From positions 16,678,001 through 16,742,000 of the forward strand of contig CM126212.1 of NCBI GenBank assembly GCA_052327205.1: a stretch of 64,000 nucleotides of DNA, written 5' to 3'. The first letter of the stretch is position 1, and each line of letters begins with the position of its first letter. Origin of the DNA: Somniosus microcephalus (lineage: Eukaryota). The translations under genes and the position numbers were made by a program. The notes under the pieces are model-generated. The model did not search any database and had not been told where the DNA came from. It saw nothing but the letters and a program-made list of their open reading frames with translations. Positions 12,905 to 26,053 of this stretch are shown one piece after another.

Positions 12905-13092
12905 GGGTCAGCCTTGGCTGAGTGGTAGCACTCTCGCCTCTGCATCAGACAGTCATGGGCTCAAACCCCAGCCCAGGACTGGAGTACGTGATCTAGGCTG
13001 GCATTTCACTGCAGTGCCAAGGGTGCCCTGCGCAGTTGGATGTGCCGTCTTTCAGATGAGACATTAAACTGAGGCCCTGTCTGCCCTCTCAG
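12905..13092 (+). mobile_element. SacSINE1-like SINE 5' part (tail remnant at ~13853-13920)
   Basis: tRNA-like head GGCTGAGTGG...GGGCTCAAACCC followed by the Deu-type core GTGCCGTCTTTCAGATGAGACATTAAAC. Confidence 0.8.
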
Positions 13093-13099
13093 ACTTTTT

Positions 13100-13853
13100 T
13101 TAAAAAATTCGTTCATGGGATGTGGGCGTCGCTGGCAAGGCCAGCATTTATTGCCCACCCCAAGTTGCCCTTGAGATGGTGGTGGCGAGCCGCCCTCTTG
13201 AACCGCTGCAGTCCACGTGGTGAAGGTACTCCTACAGTGTTGTTAGGGAGGGAGTTCCAGGATTTTGATCCAACGACCATGAAGGATCAGCGATATATTT
13301 CCAAGTCAGAATGGTGTGTGACTTGGAGGGGAACTTGGAGGTGATGGTGTTCCCATGCGCCTGCTGCCCTTGTCCTTCTAGGTGGTAGAGTTCATGGGTT
13401 TGGGAGGTGCCGTCAAAGAAGCCTTGGCGAGTTGCAATGCATCTTGTAGATGGTACACACTGCAGCCACGGTGTGCCAGTGATGGAGGGAGTGAATGTTT
13501 AAGGTGGTGGATGGGGTGCCAATCAAGCGGGCTGCTTTGTCCTGGATGGTGTCGAGCTTCTTGCGTGTTGTTGGAGCTGCACTCATCCAGGCAAGTGGAG
13601 AGTATTCCATCACACTCCTTACTTGTGCCTTGTAGATGGTGGAAAGGCTTTGGGGAGTCAGGAGGTGAGACACTCACCACAGAATACCCAGCCTCTGACC
13701 TGCTCTTGTAGCCACAGTATTTATGTGGCTGGTCCAGTTAAGTTTCTGGTCAATGGTGACCCCCCAGGATAATGATGTTGGGGGATTCAGCGATGGTAAT
13801 GCCATTGAATGTCAAGGGGCAGTGGTTGGACGCTCTCTTGTTGGAGATGGTCA
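13100..13853 (-). mobile_element. CR1/L2-group LINE 3' fragment
   Basis: ORF 13413-13673 (TIYKAQVRSVMEYSPLAW...IQDKAARLI); 3' tail shared with the SINE at 21612-21996. Confidence 0.85.
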
Positions 13854-15439
13854 CCTCAAAATTAATTATTTGGCTGTAGGAATGCCCTGAAGATGTGAAA
13901 GGCAGTATATAAATACAAATTTTAGTTTTTCTTAAATTCTTAACTCTGCAGGAGCCTAAATTATTCTGTTCTTTGGAAATTCAAATCAATTTTTTCCCCG
14001 AGTTTCAGTCTGATCGGGTCCTTGTCCGAGATTTTCCAAAGTGTCCCAAATTTGACCTTTGTCTGTGCTCAGTTAGCAGATTCTAGTCGGGATGGTTAAG
14101 CAGCCGTACAATTGGTCTCAGTACCTCGGAGAAAAATTAGCCAGGATTCCTGCTGACTGCTATCAAACAACTCCTGTTGGAAACGGGCCTTGGGTGTGGA
14201 CAGGATCAGACTCAACCCGATGGTTAAATATCTTGCCCACATGCACTGCTTGCAAATTAATAATGGTCACACTTGGGGGAGAGACCAGCAGGCACCAGTG
14301 CCCATGGAATCATACCCAAGCAAGGAGTTAATGGCTTCAGGGGAACAGAGCAAGAGAAAGCAAAACACATGCATCTCCCACAAATTGGTCACGTCGATTA
14401 TTATATGGATTTCTCTCATAGTTACACTCCCCTTAATTAATTAGCATTGGAACTGGAGATGTGTTATACAATATCCAAGTCAGGCAACTGAGAAATCTCA
14501 ATAAACTGAATGGGATAATGGTTCCCTTCAAACAAACTGTGTGTTTCTATATTTGAACTATAGTTCAGAAAATTGTCAGGAAAACCACACAAAAGTACTG
14601 AAACAACAAATTTGGTTTGGTTATTGCTTTTTTTGGCACGGATCTCACAAAACTCTGCATTTTCCTATCCTGTCTGCTCAATTGGAAGGGACTTCAATTG
14701 GTCCTGGTTAGATCAAGAGACGGAATTCAAACAAAATATGCTAATAGGCAGATTGGAATCAGTCTTAAAGTCAAAGTTTCACATAAATACAAGATTGCTG
14801 CACTTAAATATATTCAGTCGAGTTCATTACATTTACATAGGAGACCGAGTGAGGAAAAATAGAACTCTTTATGACCCTTCCTTAGGTCTGTACACACTGC
14901 ACACCAACCCGAATTGAGAGGACACATGGGTGATAAATAACTGCACTATACCGGAGCTTACAACCAATATCACCAATGTGCAAGGTCAGGGGACAAACTT
15001 GGCTGTCCAGTACAACAGTGGTCTTAAAATACTACAAAGTGTGAGGACGTATTTTTAACACTCTACTAGTGTATTAGCCGTTTAGACAAACTGAGATTTA
15101 GGATTTCAAATATACAATAAGCAACACCATTTATACTAAATATCAACGTCAGATTTTCTTTCAAATGCAAAAATGCAGGAATAAGTTAGAAGCCTCTGGT
15201 CATATATCCCCGCTAACAGTAACCATAATGTTTAAGCAATTCGCTTCGTCAATCCACCTCCCAATCATAACGACACTAAAGCTACTTTGACAATAGCACT
15301 GTTTTCATTCAGATTCTGGGAGAATGGCTTCAGTGAGCTGGCTCCGAGCATTGCCACTGCTAACTGAGCCTTCCTTGTCCCAGCAGTAAACGTATAGATC
15401 CAATTTTTTGTGGTCTAAGAGTCGGCCACCTGGTTTTTT

Positions 15440-15603
15440 ATCTGGTTTTTCGCCTCTCCCAGGAGATCACATGGGTTCGGGTGGGATGTAGAGTGATAGT
15501 AGATTTGAGGTTAGGATCAGATCAGCCATGATCTTATTGAATGGTGGAGCAGGCTCGAGGGGCCGATTGGCCCACTCCTGCTCCTATTTCTTATGTTCTT
15601 ATG
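15440..15603 (+). mobile_element. CR1 LINE 3' UTR and tail
   Basis: GATCAGCCATGATCTTATTGAATGGTGGAGCAGGCTCGAGGGG...TTCTTATGTTCTTA terminal repeat. Confidence 0.8.
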
Positions 15604-15830
15604 TCAGCGAGCACAAGGGTGATGGGTGAACGGGACTTGATGCGAGTTAGGACACAGGCAGCAGAGTTTTGGAAGACCTCAAGTTTACGGAGGGTAGTAC
15701 GTGGGAGGCCGACCAGGAGTGCATTGGAATAGTCAAGTCGAGAGGTAACAAAGGCATGGATGAGGGTTTCAGGAGCCGAGACAGGAGTCGGGCGATATTA
15801 CAGAGCTGGAAATGGGAAGTATGTGGTGGT
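15604..15830 (-). mobile_element. L2-type LINE ORF2 fragment
   Basis: HFQLCNIARL...ETLIHAFVTSRLDYSNALLVGLP on the minus strand. Confidence 0.8.
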
Positions 15831-16261
15831 TGCGATTGACAGCTACAGAATTGGTTCTGGCAAGGCAATACCTTGTTCACACTTGCTGGATCGGAACTGA
15901 GTTCTCACCTCCAGAAGATAGCTCCCAGTAAATTTTAAATGTTTTGACAGTGCCCACACTTACAAAGCATTAGAAGAAAAATTTGCATGTTTACAAAATG
16001 CCTGGGAAGTTTTAGAGACTCCCCAAGTAGATTATAAACCTGGGCTGACACAACATTATAGTGACAGAATATAGTGTCGACCCCAACTGAGATGAGACAA
16101 TCTCCCTTTGGAGTCAGGTTGACTGTTCTTTTTGTGTCATTGCATCCCAACACTACTCATATCATGGCCACAACACACAGTCTTCGGCAGCTGTGAAGCA
16201 TTCAAGTGGACCTGGAGACCTGGGGAATGAATCATGGATCTGATATGAATATCCCAGTATT

Positions 16262-16678
16262 AAAAGACCGCATTTCTATAGCGTCTTTCACGACTTCAAG
16301 ACGCCCCAAAGTGCTTTACAGCCAATAAAGTACTTTTTGAAGTGTAGTCACTGTTGTAATGTAGGAAACGCGGCAGCCAATTTGCGCACAGCAAGCTCCC
16401 ACAAACAGCAATGTGATAATGACCAGATAATGTGTTTTAGTGATGTTGATTGAGGGATAAATATTGGCCAGGACACAGAGGAATACTCCCCTGCTCTTCT
16501 TCAAAAAAGTACCATGGGATCTTTTATGTCCACCTGAGGGGGCAGATGGGCCCTCCGAAAGACGGCCCCCTCCGACAGTGCAGCCCTCCCTTGTGCTAAA
16601 GTCCCTGGAGTGGGGATTTGAACCCACAACCTTCTGACTCAGAGGTGAGAGAGTGCTACCCACTGAGCCATGGCTGAC
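16262..16678 (-). mobile_element. SacSINE1-like (Deu-domain) SINE, near full length
   Basis: Pol III A/B-box-like head (TGGCTCAGTGG; GGTTCAAATCC), Deu core and 3' tail. Confidence 0.88.
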
Positions 16679-17134
16679 AAATAACCACCCAAGCTGTACA
16701 GACACCAATATGAATAAAACTGTACTTCATTACACTCTCTTTCCATGGGGGCGATTGGTACTCCTTCGCTCGGCTACTCTAAGCAGTAAAGGAGTTTTAC
16801 TTTCAGTTCTAGAACACTCTGACAAGATTGGACGTCTCTTTTTTTTTCCCTAGTTGTTTCGCAAAACAGTACTGACCGACGCACTTGCTAATTTACAAAT
16901 AGGAATACTGATCAAGGGGGGAAAAATACAGAAATTGTGAATGAGAATTATTAAGACTGTTTCAACCACCTAAATATAACCTATGCTTGTTCTAATTTAT
17001 CATTAAGTTAAAAAAATTAGAAGGCTGTGAGCCAAGACCCTCACCAATAAATGCACTTTGTGCAGACTCATTTTATGTAACAAAAGAATCACATTGCATT
17101 GAACAGAATTCTTCCACATTAATTGCTGTGTACA

Positions 17135-17260
17135 TATTACACGGAATTTACAGCATAGAAACAGGCCGTTTGGCCCAACTGGTCTATGCCGGTGTTTAAG
17201 CTCCACACGAGCCTCCTCCCACATCCCTCTTCATCTAAGCCCATCAGCACATCCTTCTAA
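17135..17260 (-). mobile_element. CR1 LINE 3' end
   Basis: Typical CR1 terminal stem GGGCCAAACGGCCTGTTTCTATGCTGTAAATT on the minus strand. Confidence 0.7.
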
Positions 17261-17366
17261 TGCGACATATCGGTCTATTAATGCAGGGAAGTACAGAGTG
17301 CTAGGATAACCATCCCTCGGGAAAGAAGCAAAGAGAGAAAAAAAAAAGAATGCTCTTTCCCACAAC

Positions 17367-17433
17367 TTAGCGTAACGGCAGAGAGGTGGGAGTCGCTTGC
17401 TTGGCCATCCTGTCGGTGAAGGAACGACGCCTG
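17367..17433 (-). other. Candidate exon of an unidentified host gene (possible terminal exon)
   Basis: Strong acceptor ttttcgtcctattctctgttccttttgcag|CAG (NAGNAG); CpG-rich non-repeat sequence; one frame reads RRRSFTDRMAKQATPTSLPLR*. Confidence 0.4.
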
Positions 17434-19318
17434 CTGCAAAAGGAACAGAGAATAGGACGAAAAATAGCTAAATCTGATTTTTTTTTTTTTTTTTTTAAAT
17501 ACACAAAATATTGTCCCAAGTGAAATTGGGATACATACCCCCAAAGTAAAAAAAAAAAGTCAAGATACTGCTGCACCACCAACCCCTACCCACGCCCCCA
17601 CCCCAACCTGTACCTCTCAGGAAAGCACGTGATATTGGAATGACTAATAGTGTTCTTGGATGGGAGCCACTCGACACAGCAGCCCAAAAACTACCCATGA
17701 ACGGCAGGAATTAAAGTGAAGCTCACTTGTTTGAAGCCAATTTTAAATTGATTATTTTGACCACTCGCTCCAGGCATTATTATTCTGTAGTGCAGGGGAT
17801 ATGATTACTCAAAATAATCAAACTGTAGCCAATTCCTTCCACTGGAGCTTCCCGCACGCACAGCCAGTTGCCAACTTGAATAATTGGTCAGTAAAAAGCC
17901 TTCGCCAAATTAAAAGGTTATCAGTGTTTTGTTAATGAACTGGTGACGAAGCCAAAAGTCCAACTGTTGTATATCATAATCAGCCCAGTAAACTGCTGAA
18001 GAAATAAACTGGGCAAGCCTGAAAATTCTGTCATTATCAGGACTACGAGCTTAAATCGTGTGGCTCTGCTTGCATCCTGACTGCAAAAATAAAGAGCAAA
18101 CTCCTGGTCATTGCATCTCAAGAATTCCACCAAAACATCAACATTTCGACAACAGCAGCACACGTCAACCAAAATTCACACGTTTTTCTGTCTTTTCAGC
18201 CGCCCCGCGCTTCAGTTGCCGCTTAAAAGACATGCACAAAGCCTAAAGAAAGCTACTTTGAATGGTACGACATAGGGGCAGAAAGATTATCCACATCATG
18301 AAGGGTGGAAATCAAAATAGAGCTCGCTTGTTTGAAGCAAGATCTTGAAGAGTACAGATTATAAACAGCAGCAGAGGGAATTCAGGCAGTAACCTGGTCT
18401 CTACATTGAGGCTGATGTGCCTCAATAAATCCGAGACTCGATGTTAGCGAAACAAAACAAGGCTTTTATTGACTTAGAAGGTAACACACAGAGGAGAATG
18501 TATCTTCCACCCAGAGGTCTGCCGTACTGGATGTGCTGCAGGCTGGGCCAGCTTACATAGGAGCCAGGTATGGGCAGAGCCCTACACACAGTACAATACA
18601 ATGGAAATGAAACTGAAACCAACCACAGTCACAGGCAGAGAAATACTGATGAGTGATGAATGGAATATTTCATCACAGAGGCAACATTCCTGAACAGCTC
18701 AAACCTTCCCCTCGTAATATATGATGGCAACCGAACCCTCTTGAATAGATTACTGGTTTTCCAGTTCCCTTACATGAATATTTTACTCCCAATATGCTGG
18801 TTACAGTTTGTACCTGCAATCAGTTGCTGATATTTCTCAATAAACAGGCTGTAATAATGTCACAACAGTTAATCCTCTCACGTGAACACCAGCACGGGCA
18901 CAATGAGCCAAGTCACCTTCTCCCGTGCTGAAATTTCTACGACTAATATCATCGTGCATACAGGAGAGTCCAAAATTCACACCCACAGGCAGCCACTGAC
19001 TGTACTAAAAAAAAGCAAAAGCGGAATAAATTTCCCCATGAACAACTGAAACAGTATACATTACAAATAATAGCATATCAGTGGGTGATTTCAAGGTTGC
19101 AATATAATCTGTGTTCAAACAACTTATAAACTGCTCAAGCTTCGTTCTTGTGTTTGTCTTCTGAACCTTTGATTAGATTGCTGCTTTGAAATCACTCTCG
19201 GGTGTCCATTATTCATTACAAATCCCTTGGGAACATTTTTCAGCTATACAAAATGGATTTTCTTTTAAAGTACTTAGCACTGGATGGCTCAAGCAGTGAT
19301 CGCCAAGAAAATCCTTAC

Positions 19319-19364
19319 CAGAGTGCAATTCGACATCCGATTGTCTAAATTTGGTATTTTTCAT
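19319..19364 (-). other. Candidate alternative first coding exon (MKNTKFRQSDVELHS, phase 1)
   Basis: ATG preceded by an in-frame stop; 46 nt to the donor CTG|gtaagg; upstream unique sequence has CpGs and a CCAAT box (~20358). Confidence 0.3.
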
Positions 19365-20665
19365 TCACAGGATCAAAATAAGGACCTCGTGTAGCAGCAA
19401 ATCGCCCCAGGGTTTAGCAGCTAGTATCTGCAGCAAAGACAATCTCGTTTCTTCAACTTTATGGAAAACAAATGGAGTATTTCTTCGTTTCCATCTGCCC
19501 CGGCTTCGCTGCTATCACCACAAACATTAGACAATTTTTAAATTATAGAAAATAATCCTCTGTGGTGCTGCCTATATTAATTTCAGAGGCTAAACACGCT
19601 GGAATGACATAGGCCAAGGGACCATGAAAACATGCCAATGGAAACAACCGATCAAGGATTAATAGAGGAAGTTATGCTGAATCGATATTCTGAAGTCTTG
19701 TTTGATTCACCTTTAAGGCAGAGGATGAATCGTTCCTCCAGAGATGAAGTGGTTTGAACAGAGCTCAATCTAGACGGGGCTGTACGTGCGCCCTGTGACA
19801 AGAGCTGTCTTAAATGGGGCAAAAGGCCTTTACCGATTCTATGTGGGAAAATTTCAATCTCACGCTGGTTTTCACTGGGGGCTGAGATTGGAGTTTCATC
19901 AGTTTTCAGCCAAGTTGCTGAAGGGAGATTTGTGTTCCACCTGTCCGGAGAAGCAAGAATAAACAAACGGTCTGACCCACTGATTAGAAGCATGCCTCAC
20001 AACTTTTGTTAACTTCCTCGGCAACTCTGCGATCTGAACACCCTTGCAAGTTGAAGCAGGCTAGATAGAAGTGAGGGACTTCATGGGTGTGCAATGAGGG
20101 AGAGAAAAATATTTTGGATATAGCAACAATTTCATTAAATTTTTTTTAACAAATTAAACAGGTTAGCAAAGCTAAAAATCTTTGGACTTTGTTGTCAAAG
20201 TTTTCCGAGACCCCGCACCACATTCAGTGGGCAGCTCATTAAGAGCATCAATAGAAGGAAAATAAAAGTTTATGCACCCACAATTTTCTGCTGAGTTGCC
20301 CGCTGTGTGTGATGCCCCATCGATGGTGTAGGGACTCAGAAAATGCTCGTTATTTGTCCAATCAGGCGCGCAAGGCGTTAGTGTCTAGGAAAGGAACGAT
20401 GGGTCTCTGCCGGGACTGTTTTGTGCCAGGTGACATGAACCACCTGTTAGATTAAAATCACTGGGTGGGTCACCACCTGCTTTGCAGTATCTGTTACTCC
20501 TATAGGTGGCACTGTCAGTTATTCTCAACATTAAAACTCAAGGAACATTACAATCCAAAACAGTACCTCGCACTTCACAGCGATGATTCAAGGGTGAATG
20601 TATTTCCGCACCGGTTGAATCTTCAGCCATTTAGGATTCTTACCATAGTGCCTAGCTACTGTGCT

Positions 20666-20945
20666 GGGTCAGTTGTGGCTCAGTTGGTAGTACACTTGCC
20701 TCTGAGTCAGAAGGTTGTGGGGTCAATTCCCACTCCAGGAACTTGAGCACATAAATCTAGGCTGACACTCCAGTGCAGCGCTGAGGGAGTGCGGCACTGT
20801 CGGAGGTGCCGTCTTTCTGAGGAGACCGAGGCCCCGTCTGCCCCCTCAGGTGGATGTAAAAGATCCCACAGCACTATTTTCGAAGAGCAGCGGAGTTATC
20901 CCCGGTGTCCTGGCCAATATTTATCCCTCAGCCAACAAAACAAAA
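20666..20945 (+). mobile_element. SacSINE1-like SINE, 3'-truncated
   Basis: tRNA-like head plus Deu core. Confidence 0.85.
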
Positions 20946-20967
20946 ATAGATTTCCCCCCCCACCCCC

Positions 20968-21606
20968 ATCTTCAGCCAGAAGTGCCAAGTGGATGAATCC
21001 ATATCGGCCTACTCCCGAGGTCCCCACCATCACAGAAGCCATTCTTCAGCCAATTCGATTCACTCCATGTGATATCAAGAAACGGCAGAGTGCACTGAAT
21101 ACAGCAAAGGCTATGGGCCCCAGGAACATCCCGGCTATAAGAACATAAGAAATAAGAGAAGTAGGCCATACGGCCCCTCAAGCCTGCTCCGCAATTCAAT
21201 AAGGTTGATCATCGACCTCAACTCCACTTTCCCGCCCGATCTCCATATCCCTCGATTCCCCTAGAGTCCAAAAACCTATCGATCTCAGCCTTGAATATAC
21301 TCAAAGACTCAGCATGCACAGCCCTCTGGGGCAGAGAATTCCAAAGATTCACAACCCTCTGAGTGAAGAAATTCCTCCTCATCTCAGTCTTAAATGGCCT
21401 ATCGTGCTGAAGCCAAGCCGTTCCAGTACAGCTATAACACTGGCATCTATCCGACAATGTGGAAACCTGCCCAGGTATGTCCTGTCCACAAAAAGCAGGA
21501 CAAATCCAACCCGGCCAATTACCGCCCCATCAGTCTACTCTCAATCATCAGCAAAGTGATGGAAGGTGTCATCGACAGTGCTATCAAGCAGCACTTACTC
21601 ACCAAT
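20968..21606 (+). mobile_element. CR1/L2-group LINE RT N-terminal fragment, split by a CR1 insertion
   Basis: KAMGPRNIPA | FQYSYNTGIYPTMWKPAQVCPVHKKQDKSNPANYRPISLLSIISKVME. Confidence 0.85.
21138..21398 (-). mobile_element. CR1 (HER1-like) LINE 3' end nested in the LINE above
   Basis: RPFKTEMRRNFFTQRVVNLWNSLPQ and terminal repeat. Confidence 0.88.
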
Positions 21607-21611
21607 AGAAT

Positions 21612-21996
21612 ATTGGTTATATTACTGGACTAGTAATCCAGAGGCCTGGGCTAATAATCTGGAGACGCGAGTGCAAATCCCACCACGGCAGCTGGGGAAT
21701 TTAAATTCAGTTAATTAAATAAATCTGGAATAAAAAGCTAGTATCAGTAATGGTAACCATGAAACCGTCGGATTGTGGTAAAAACCCATCTGGTTCACTA
21801 ATATCCTTTAGGGAAAGAAATCTGCTGTCCTTACCCGGTCTGGCCTATATGTGACTCCAGACCCACAGCAATGTGGTTGACTCTTAACTGCCTTCTGAAA
21901 TGGCAGCTCACCGCCACCTTCTCAAGGGCAATTAGGGATGGGCAATAAATGCTGGCCTTGCCAGCGAAGCCCACATCCCATGAACAAATTTTTTAA
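21612..21996 (+). mobile_element. MetaSINE/SlmI-like tRNA SINE
   Basis: Core CACTAATATCCTTTAGGGAAAGAAATCTGCTGTCCTTACCCGGTCTGGCCTATATGTGACTCCAGACC; LINE-derived tail AATAAATGCTGGCCTTGCCAGCG. Confidence 0.75.
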
Positions 21997-22286
21997 AATC
22001 CTAATTTGTGGGTAAAATCACGTTTCTCACTGGAAGGTGAACAAAAGCAGAAACATCTAGCCCATGGCCCTGCGCCCAAGGACAAGACCCCTGATTCTTG
22101 CAGGACTTTAGTAAAAAAGCTATTTTGTGTCCTCAGACAATTTTAAAACCTACTTCAACCTGGTGCGAACCCAACCATGTGGTTTAATACGCAAAATTGG
22201 AAAAGGGTTGTGATGATCAACTAACCTACCCTGATGTCTGCAAAATGGCCATAGCAGTGTCAAAACCCTGTGGGCGTCAAGCAGCA

Positions 22287-22842
22287 GCTTATTGTGTGCA
22301 GTTTTGGTTGCCTTATCTGAGGAAGGATGTTCTTGCCATGGAGAGAGTGCAGCGAAGATTCACCAGGCTGATACCTGGGATGGCAGGAATGACATATGAG
22401 GAGAAATTGGGTCGACTGGGCTTATACTCGCTGGAGTTTAGAAGAATGAGAGGGGATCTCATTGAAACTTATAAAATTTTAACAGGACTAGACAGACTAG
22501 ATGCAGGAAGGATGTTCCCGATGGCGGGGGAGTACAGAACCAGGGGTCACAGTATAAGGATAAGGGGTAAACCATTTAGGACAGAGATGAGGAGGAATTT
22601 CTTCACCCAGAGAGTGGTGAACCTGTGGAATTCTCTACCACAGAAGGCAGTAGAAGCCAATTCATTAAATATATTCAAGAAGGAGTTGGATATATTTCTT
22701 GAGGCTAAAGGGATCAAGGGGTATGGGGAGAAAGCAGGGACAGGGTACTGAATTTGGATGATCAGCCATGATCTCATTGAATGGCGGAGCAGGCTCGAGG
22801 GGCTGAATGGCCTACTCCTGCTCCTATCTATGTTTCTATGTT
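22287..22842 (+). mobile_element. CR1 (HER1-like) LINE 3' fragment
   Basis: Open frame YCVQFWLPYLRKD...RRMRGDLIETYKIL...LWNSLPQ; 3' UTR and TTTCTATG tail. Confidence 0.92.
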
Positions 22843-25800
22843 TCAGCCACGTCCTGTCTGGTGTGAGCGGACCAGTAAGAGAACTGCCGACTTAAAAATC
22901 TGTCCCCAAAAGCCTGCACTTAATCTTGAGCAGTAGCTCAGGAATTGTGTGTTACCGGTGCACCAACAGCAGCTTCTAATGAGCAACAACAGGATCTCAG
23001 TAAAGCCCAGAGTAAATACAGTGTCCCCCAACAAGCTCAACTTTATGACAGTGCAAGAGATCTGTTCATAGAAAAGGCATAATATAGTGGCTAATAAAAT
23101 CTATCGCAGCTTTTACGAACTTAAAAATCCTTTGGATCATAAATTTCTTAAGAACATTTCTGACACCTGGGCAAAAAAGGGGGGAGGTGTGCAAAGCCCA
23201 ATTATTAGTTCCAGCATCAATTAATTGCAGATATCCATGAACTCCATGAAAGGCAAACAACTCAAATACTGCCGCATTTATTCAACCTTTCTAATCCTTT
23301 TATAGATCCTGGCTAAACTTCAACAAACCAATTCAGCAAGTCCAGTAAGAATTTTATGACTTTTTTTTTTAATAGAACAGTCAGTTATGAAAGAAAAGCT
23401 AGAGGAAGGTCCGGCTAATTGCTCTGCACTGCTCACGTGGTTGCAAGCTTTCAAGGCTAGTCTCTGCTGTCCTTTCTGCGCTCCCACCCTTTCCCTCCAT
23501 CCTACCTTCAGATTGGATTATCTTTCCTCTGTCGGAAACATTCATCCCCGTTTTAAATCAAATATGGTCTCTGCCACCATTCCCTGCAAACTAACAGACA
23601 CTTAATTAAGGTATTACAGTGAGTGAGGTTTTAAAAATACAAATACTAATTCAGACAAAAAAATTAGCAACTTTAATGCATTCTTGCTGCATTGCAGTCT
23701 TCAGCCAGAATAAATTCATACAGCCAGCTTGCTCTGGAAACCATTATCTCTTGTAAATACAGGAGTCACAAAGGCAAGTGGCTGCAAAACATGTTCTTTA
23801 GAAATGCCAGAAATGAGATCACAAAACTGCAGAATTACTAGTTGAATCATATCTATCCTGGTGCCTTGTTGACTAATCTAAAGGAAATCACACTTTTACA
23901 ATAGTTCCAGGGTAGATTACTATTCTAAAGGCGACTCATTCCCAAACCAAGCTGGCAAGCAGGCTATTTCAATCCAGTTATGTAACTGGTCACTAGGAAG
24001 TGTACAAGAGCAGTCCGGATTCACGCTCCTTGACTGAGGTATAGAACCTCCCCTCAACTTCTTCCATCTCCCTCTGATGGGGTAACTGATGCTGGAAATT
24101 CATCCTGAAGAGACGCGTAGTGGTAAACAAGCATCCTACCATTCTGTAGCACAAAGTGTTACGGTACCTAACAAACTCTCTTATAACAAACCACACTGAG
24201 GCCAATTGCTGTGCCTCCACCACTGCCAACAAACTCAACACAGTCCAGGGAATGAACGAGGGATCTTCCTAGTCTAGATGGCTCAAATACTCACTGCCTT
24301 AGCCGGCTGAGCCACTGGGATGACTCCTAAACAATCCTCTAAGTCTACTTTATACTATTCGACATGAAATATTTACAAAAAACAATTTGCTTGCATTGCA
24401 GGAGAACAATTATGTGCCAGTTTCAAGAACTGGAAATTACATTCAGTATTCAAGAGGTTGGAGCCAACCATATTACATAACTCGAAGACATCTGACAGGT
24501 TTTGTAAAGGTGGGTATAAAACTCGACCTAAGATCGTGAACTTTTAAGGATGTTGACCGAAAATGCTGACATGGGATTATTGGTTTCTACGGGAGATCAG
24601 TTTTATTTTTCTGACCAACTTCTCAAAAAGTATTAAAAACAGAAACAATCTAATGAAATGTAAAAGAAAAGTTTTGGGTTAGCACATGGACCACAAATAG
24701 GGAGATGTTCTCCCTAACCTGTTGTTTAGGGTAATTCTTAAACAGAACCATCTGGCAAAGATGCCTGACAATGGCACTCCCTTTAGAGCATTGTGTAGAT
24801 TTAGCCTCCAGTTGAGGTTTTGAAGAGATGGTTTTTTAGACTGACGGTCTCTTGTGGTGACATAGCCCCTGCCTGAAGAACCAATTTTCGAAGTCAATTT
24901 CTGTTGGCATTATCATCGCAAGAATGTGAATTCAGTAACCCTAATATCCCTGGTTTAAATAGCAGAAGCTGCAAATTATTTTCAAAATGTAAAAATCTTT
25001 TGCTTCTTTTCAATTTTTTTTTACCCCTTTCTAAGTAAATTTGACTCATTATAGCTTACGGTTTAAAAACAAAATTGGCAGTCTTCCTTTGCGATTGCTT
25101 GAGCTTCATAATTGTTGGGGGGGAAAGTAAGTTTAGCAAAAGCCCCTGAAATGACTGACAAATGGAGCCTAAATTGTTCACATTCCTATTATATCCATAT
25201 CAATTACCCAACAGATTTTACAAAAGTCTTGAGTGAGGTATTACCTCATTGCACAGCTTCTTGTGTTATTTGTATTTTGACTCCTTTTCTTGGTGAGCTA
25301 AACAATGTTTCTTTCAGTATTTGTATTGTATTTGCCTTCATTCCTTTGCCAAGCATAAGGGTGAGACATCAACCATTGGGGACTCTCAACTATCCACCAC
25401 TATGAACTTCCAGTCGGTGCCTCCATTATAGCGGATACGGAACGCCCCACTGTAATAGAGTCCATCATTTGGTCCTGCATCTTACCATATGTGCTGCATT
25501 TCGTGTTCCCTCATCAAAAGATTTAACTGTGCTTTATGACCCTGAAGCAATTAAAACCAGCAGCATGGAGGTCTTGGTGTCATCTGCAGAAATTTACCTA
25601 CTTTAAAACTACTTACAACTTTAAAACCATTAAGAACAGTCCAATATTTCCCAGTGTTATATAGCTAGTACTCCAGGGTAATATGCAAGTATGTTGATCT
25701 GTTACAGATGTATGCTCTTGCAGAGTGCAAATATCAATATATTCCTAACAGATCTTTTCTTTAAATAAAAAGATTTGATTGGTTTCCTAGCTATCGAGAA

Positions 25801-25988
25801 TGCACACAGTTTCTAGTATGATAGCTTATTACAATGAATTTATGCTTTTCTCAAGGTATTGCCTACATTCTTCCAATAACAAGTAACAAGAGAGAGCATA
25901 ATGGCCTTGTAAATACCAATGTGGCTCTCATCTTTGGAAAGACTTCTTTCAATGGAAATGAACAATTTTTATACAGGTGTTCCTCCCA

Positions 25989-26053
25989 TCATGTTATTTG
26001 TACACTATCACTTTGTCCCCCATTGCCATACACCAGTCCATTTCCCCCACATT
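25989..26053 (-). other. Candidate terminal exon of an unidentified host gene
   Basis: Long polypyrimidine tract ...ttcatttatcttctctgtttcag|AATG; all three frames stop within ~65 nt. Confidence 0.3.

Noticed and set aside
19652-19993. 113-aa ORF as a coding exon
   Set aside because: No recognisable domain and no convincing flanking splice sites.
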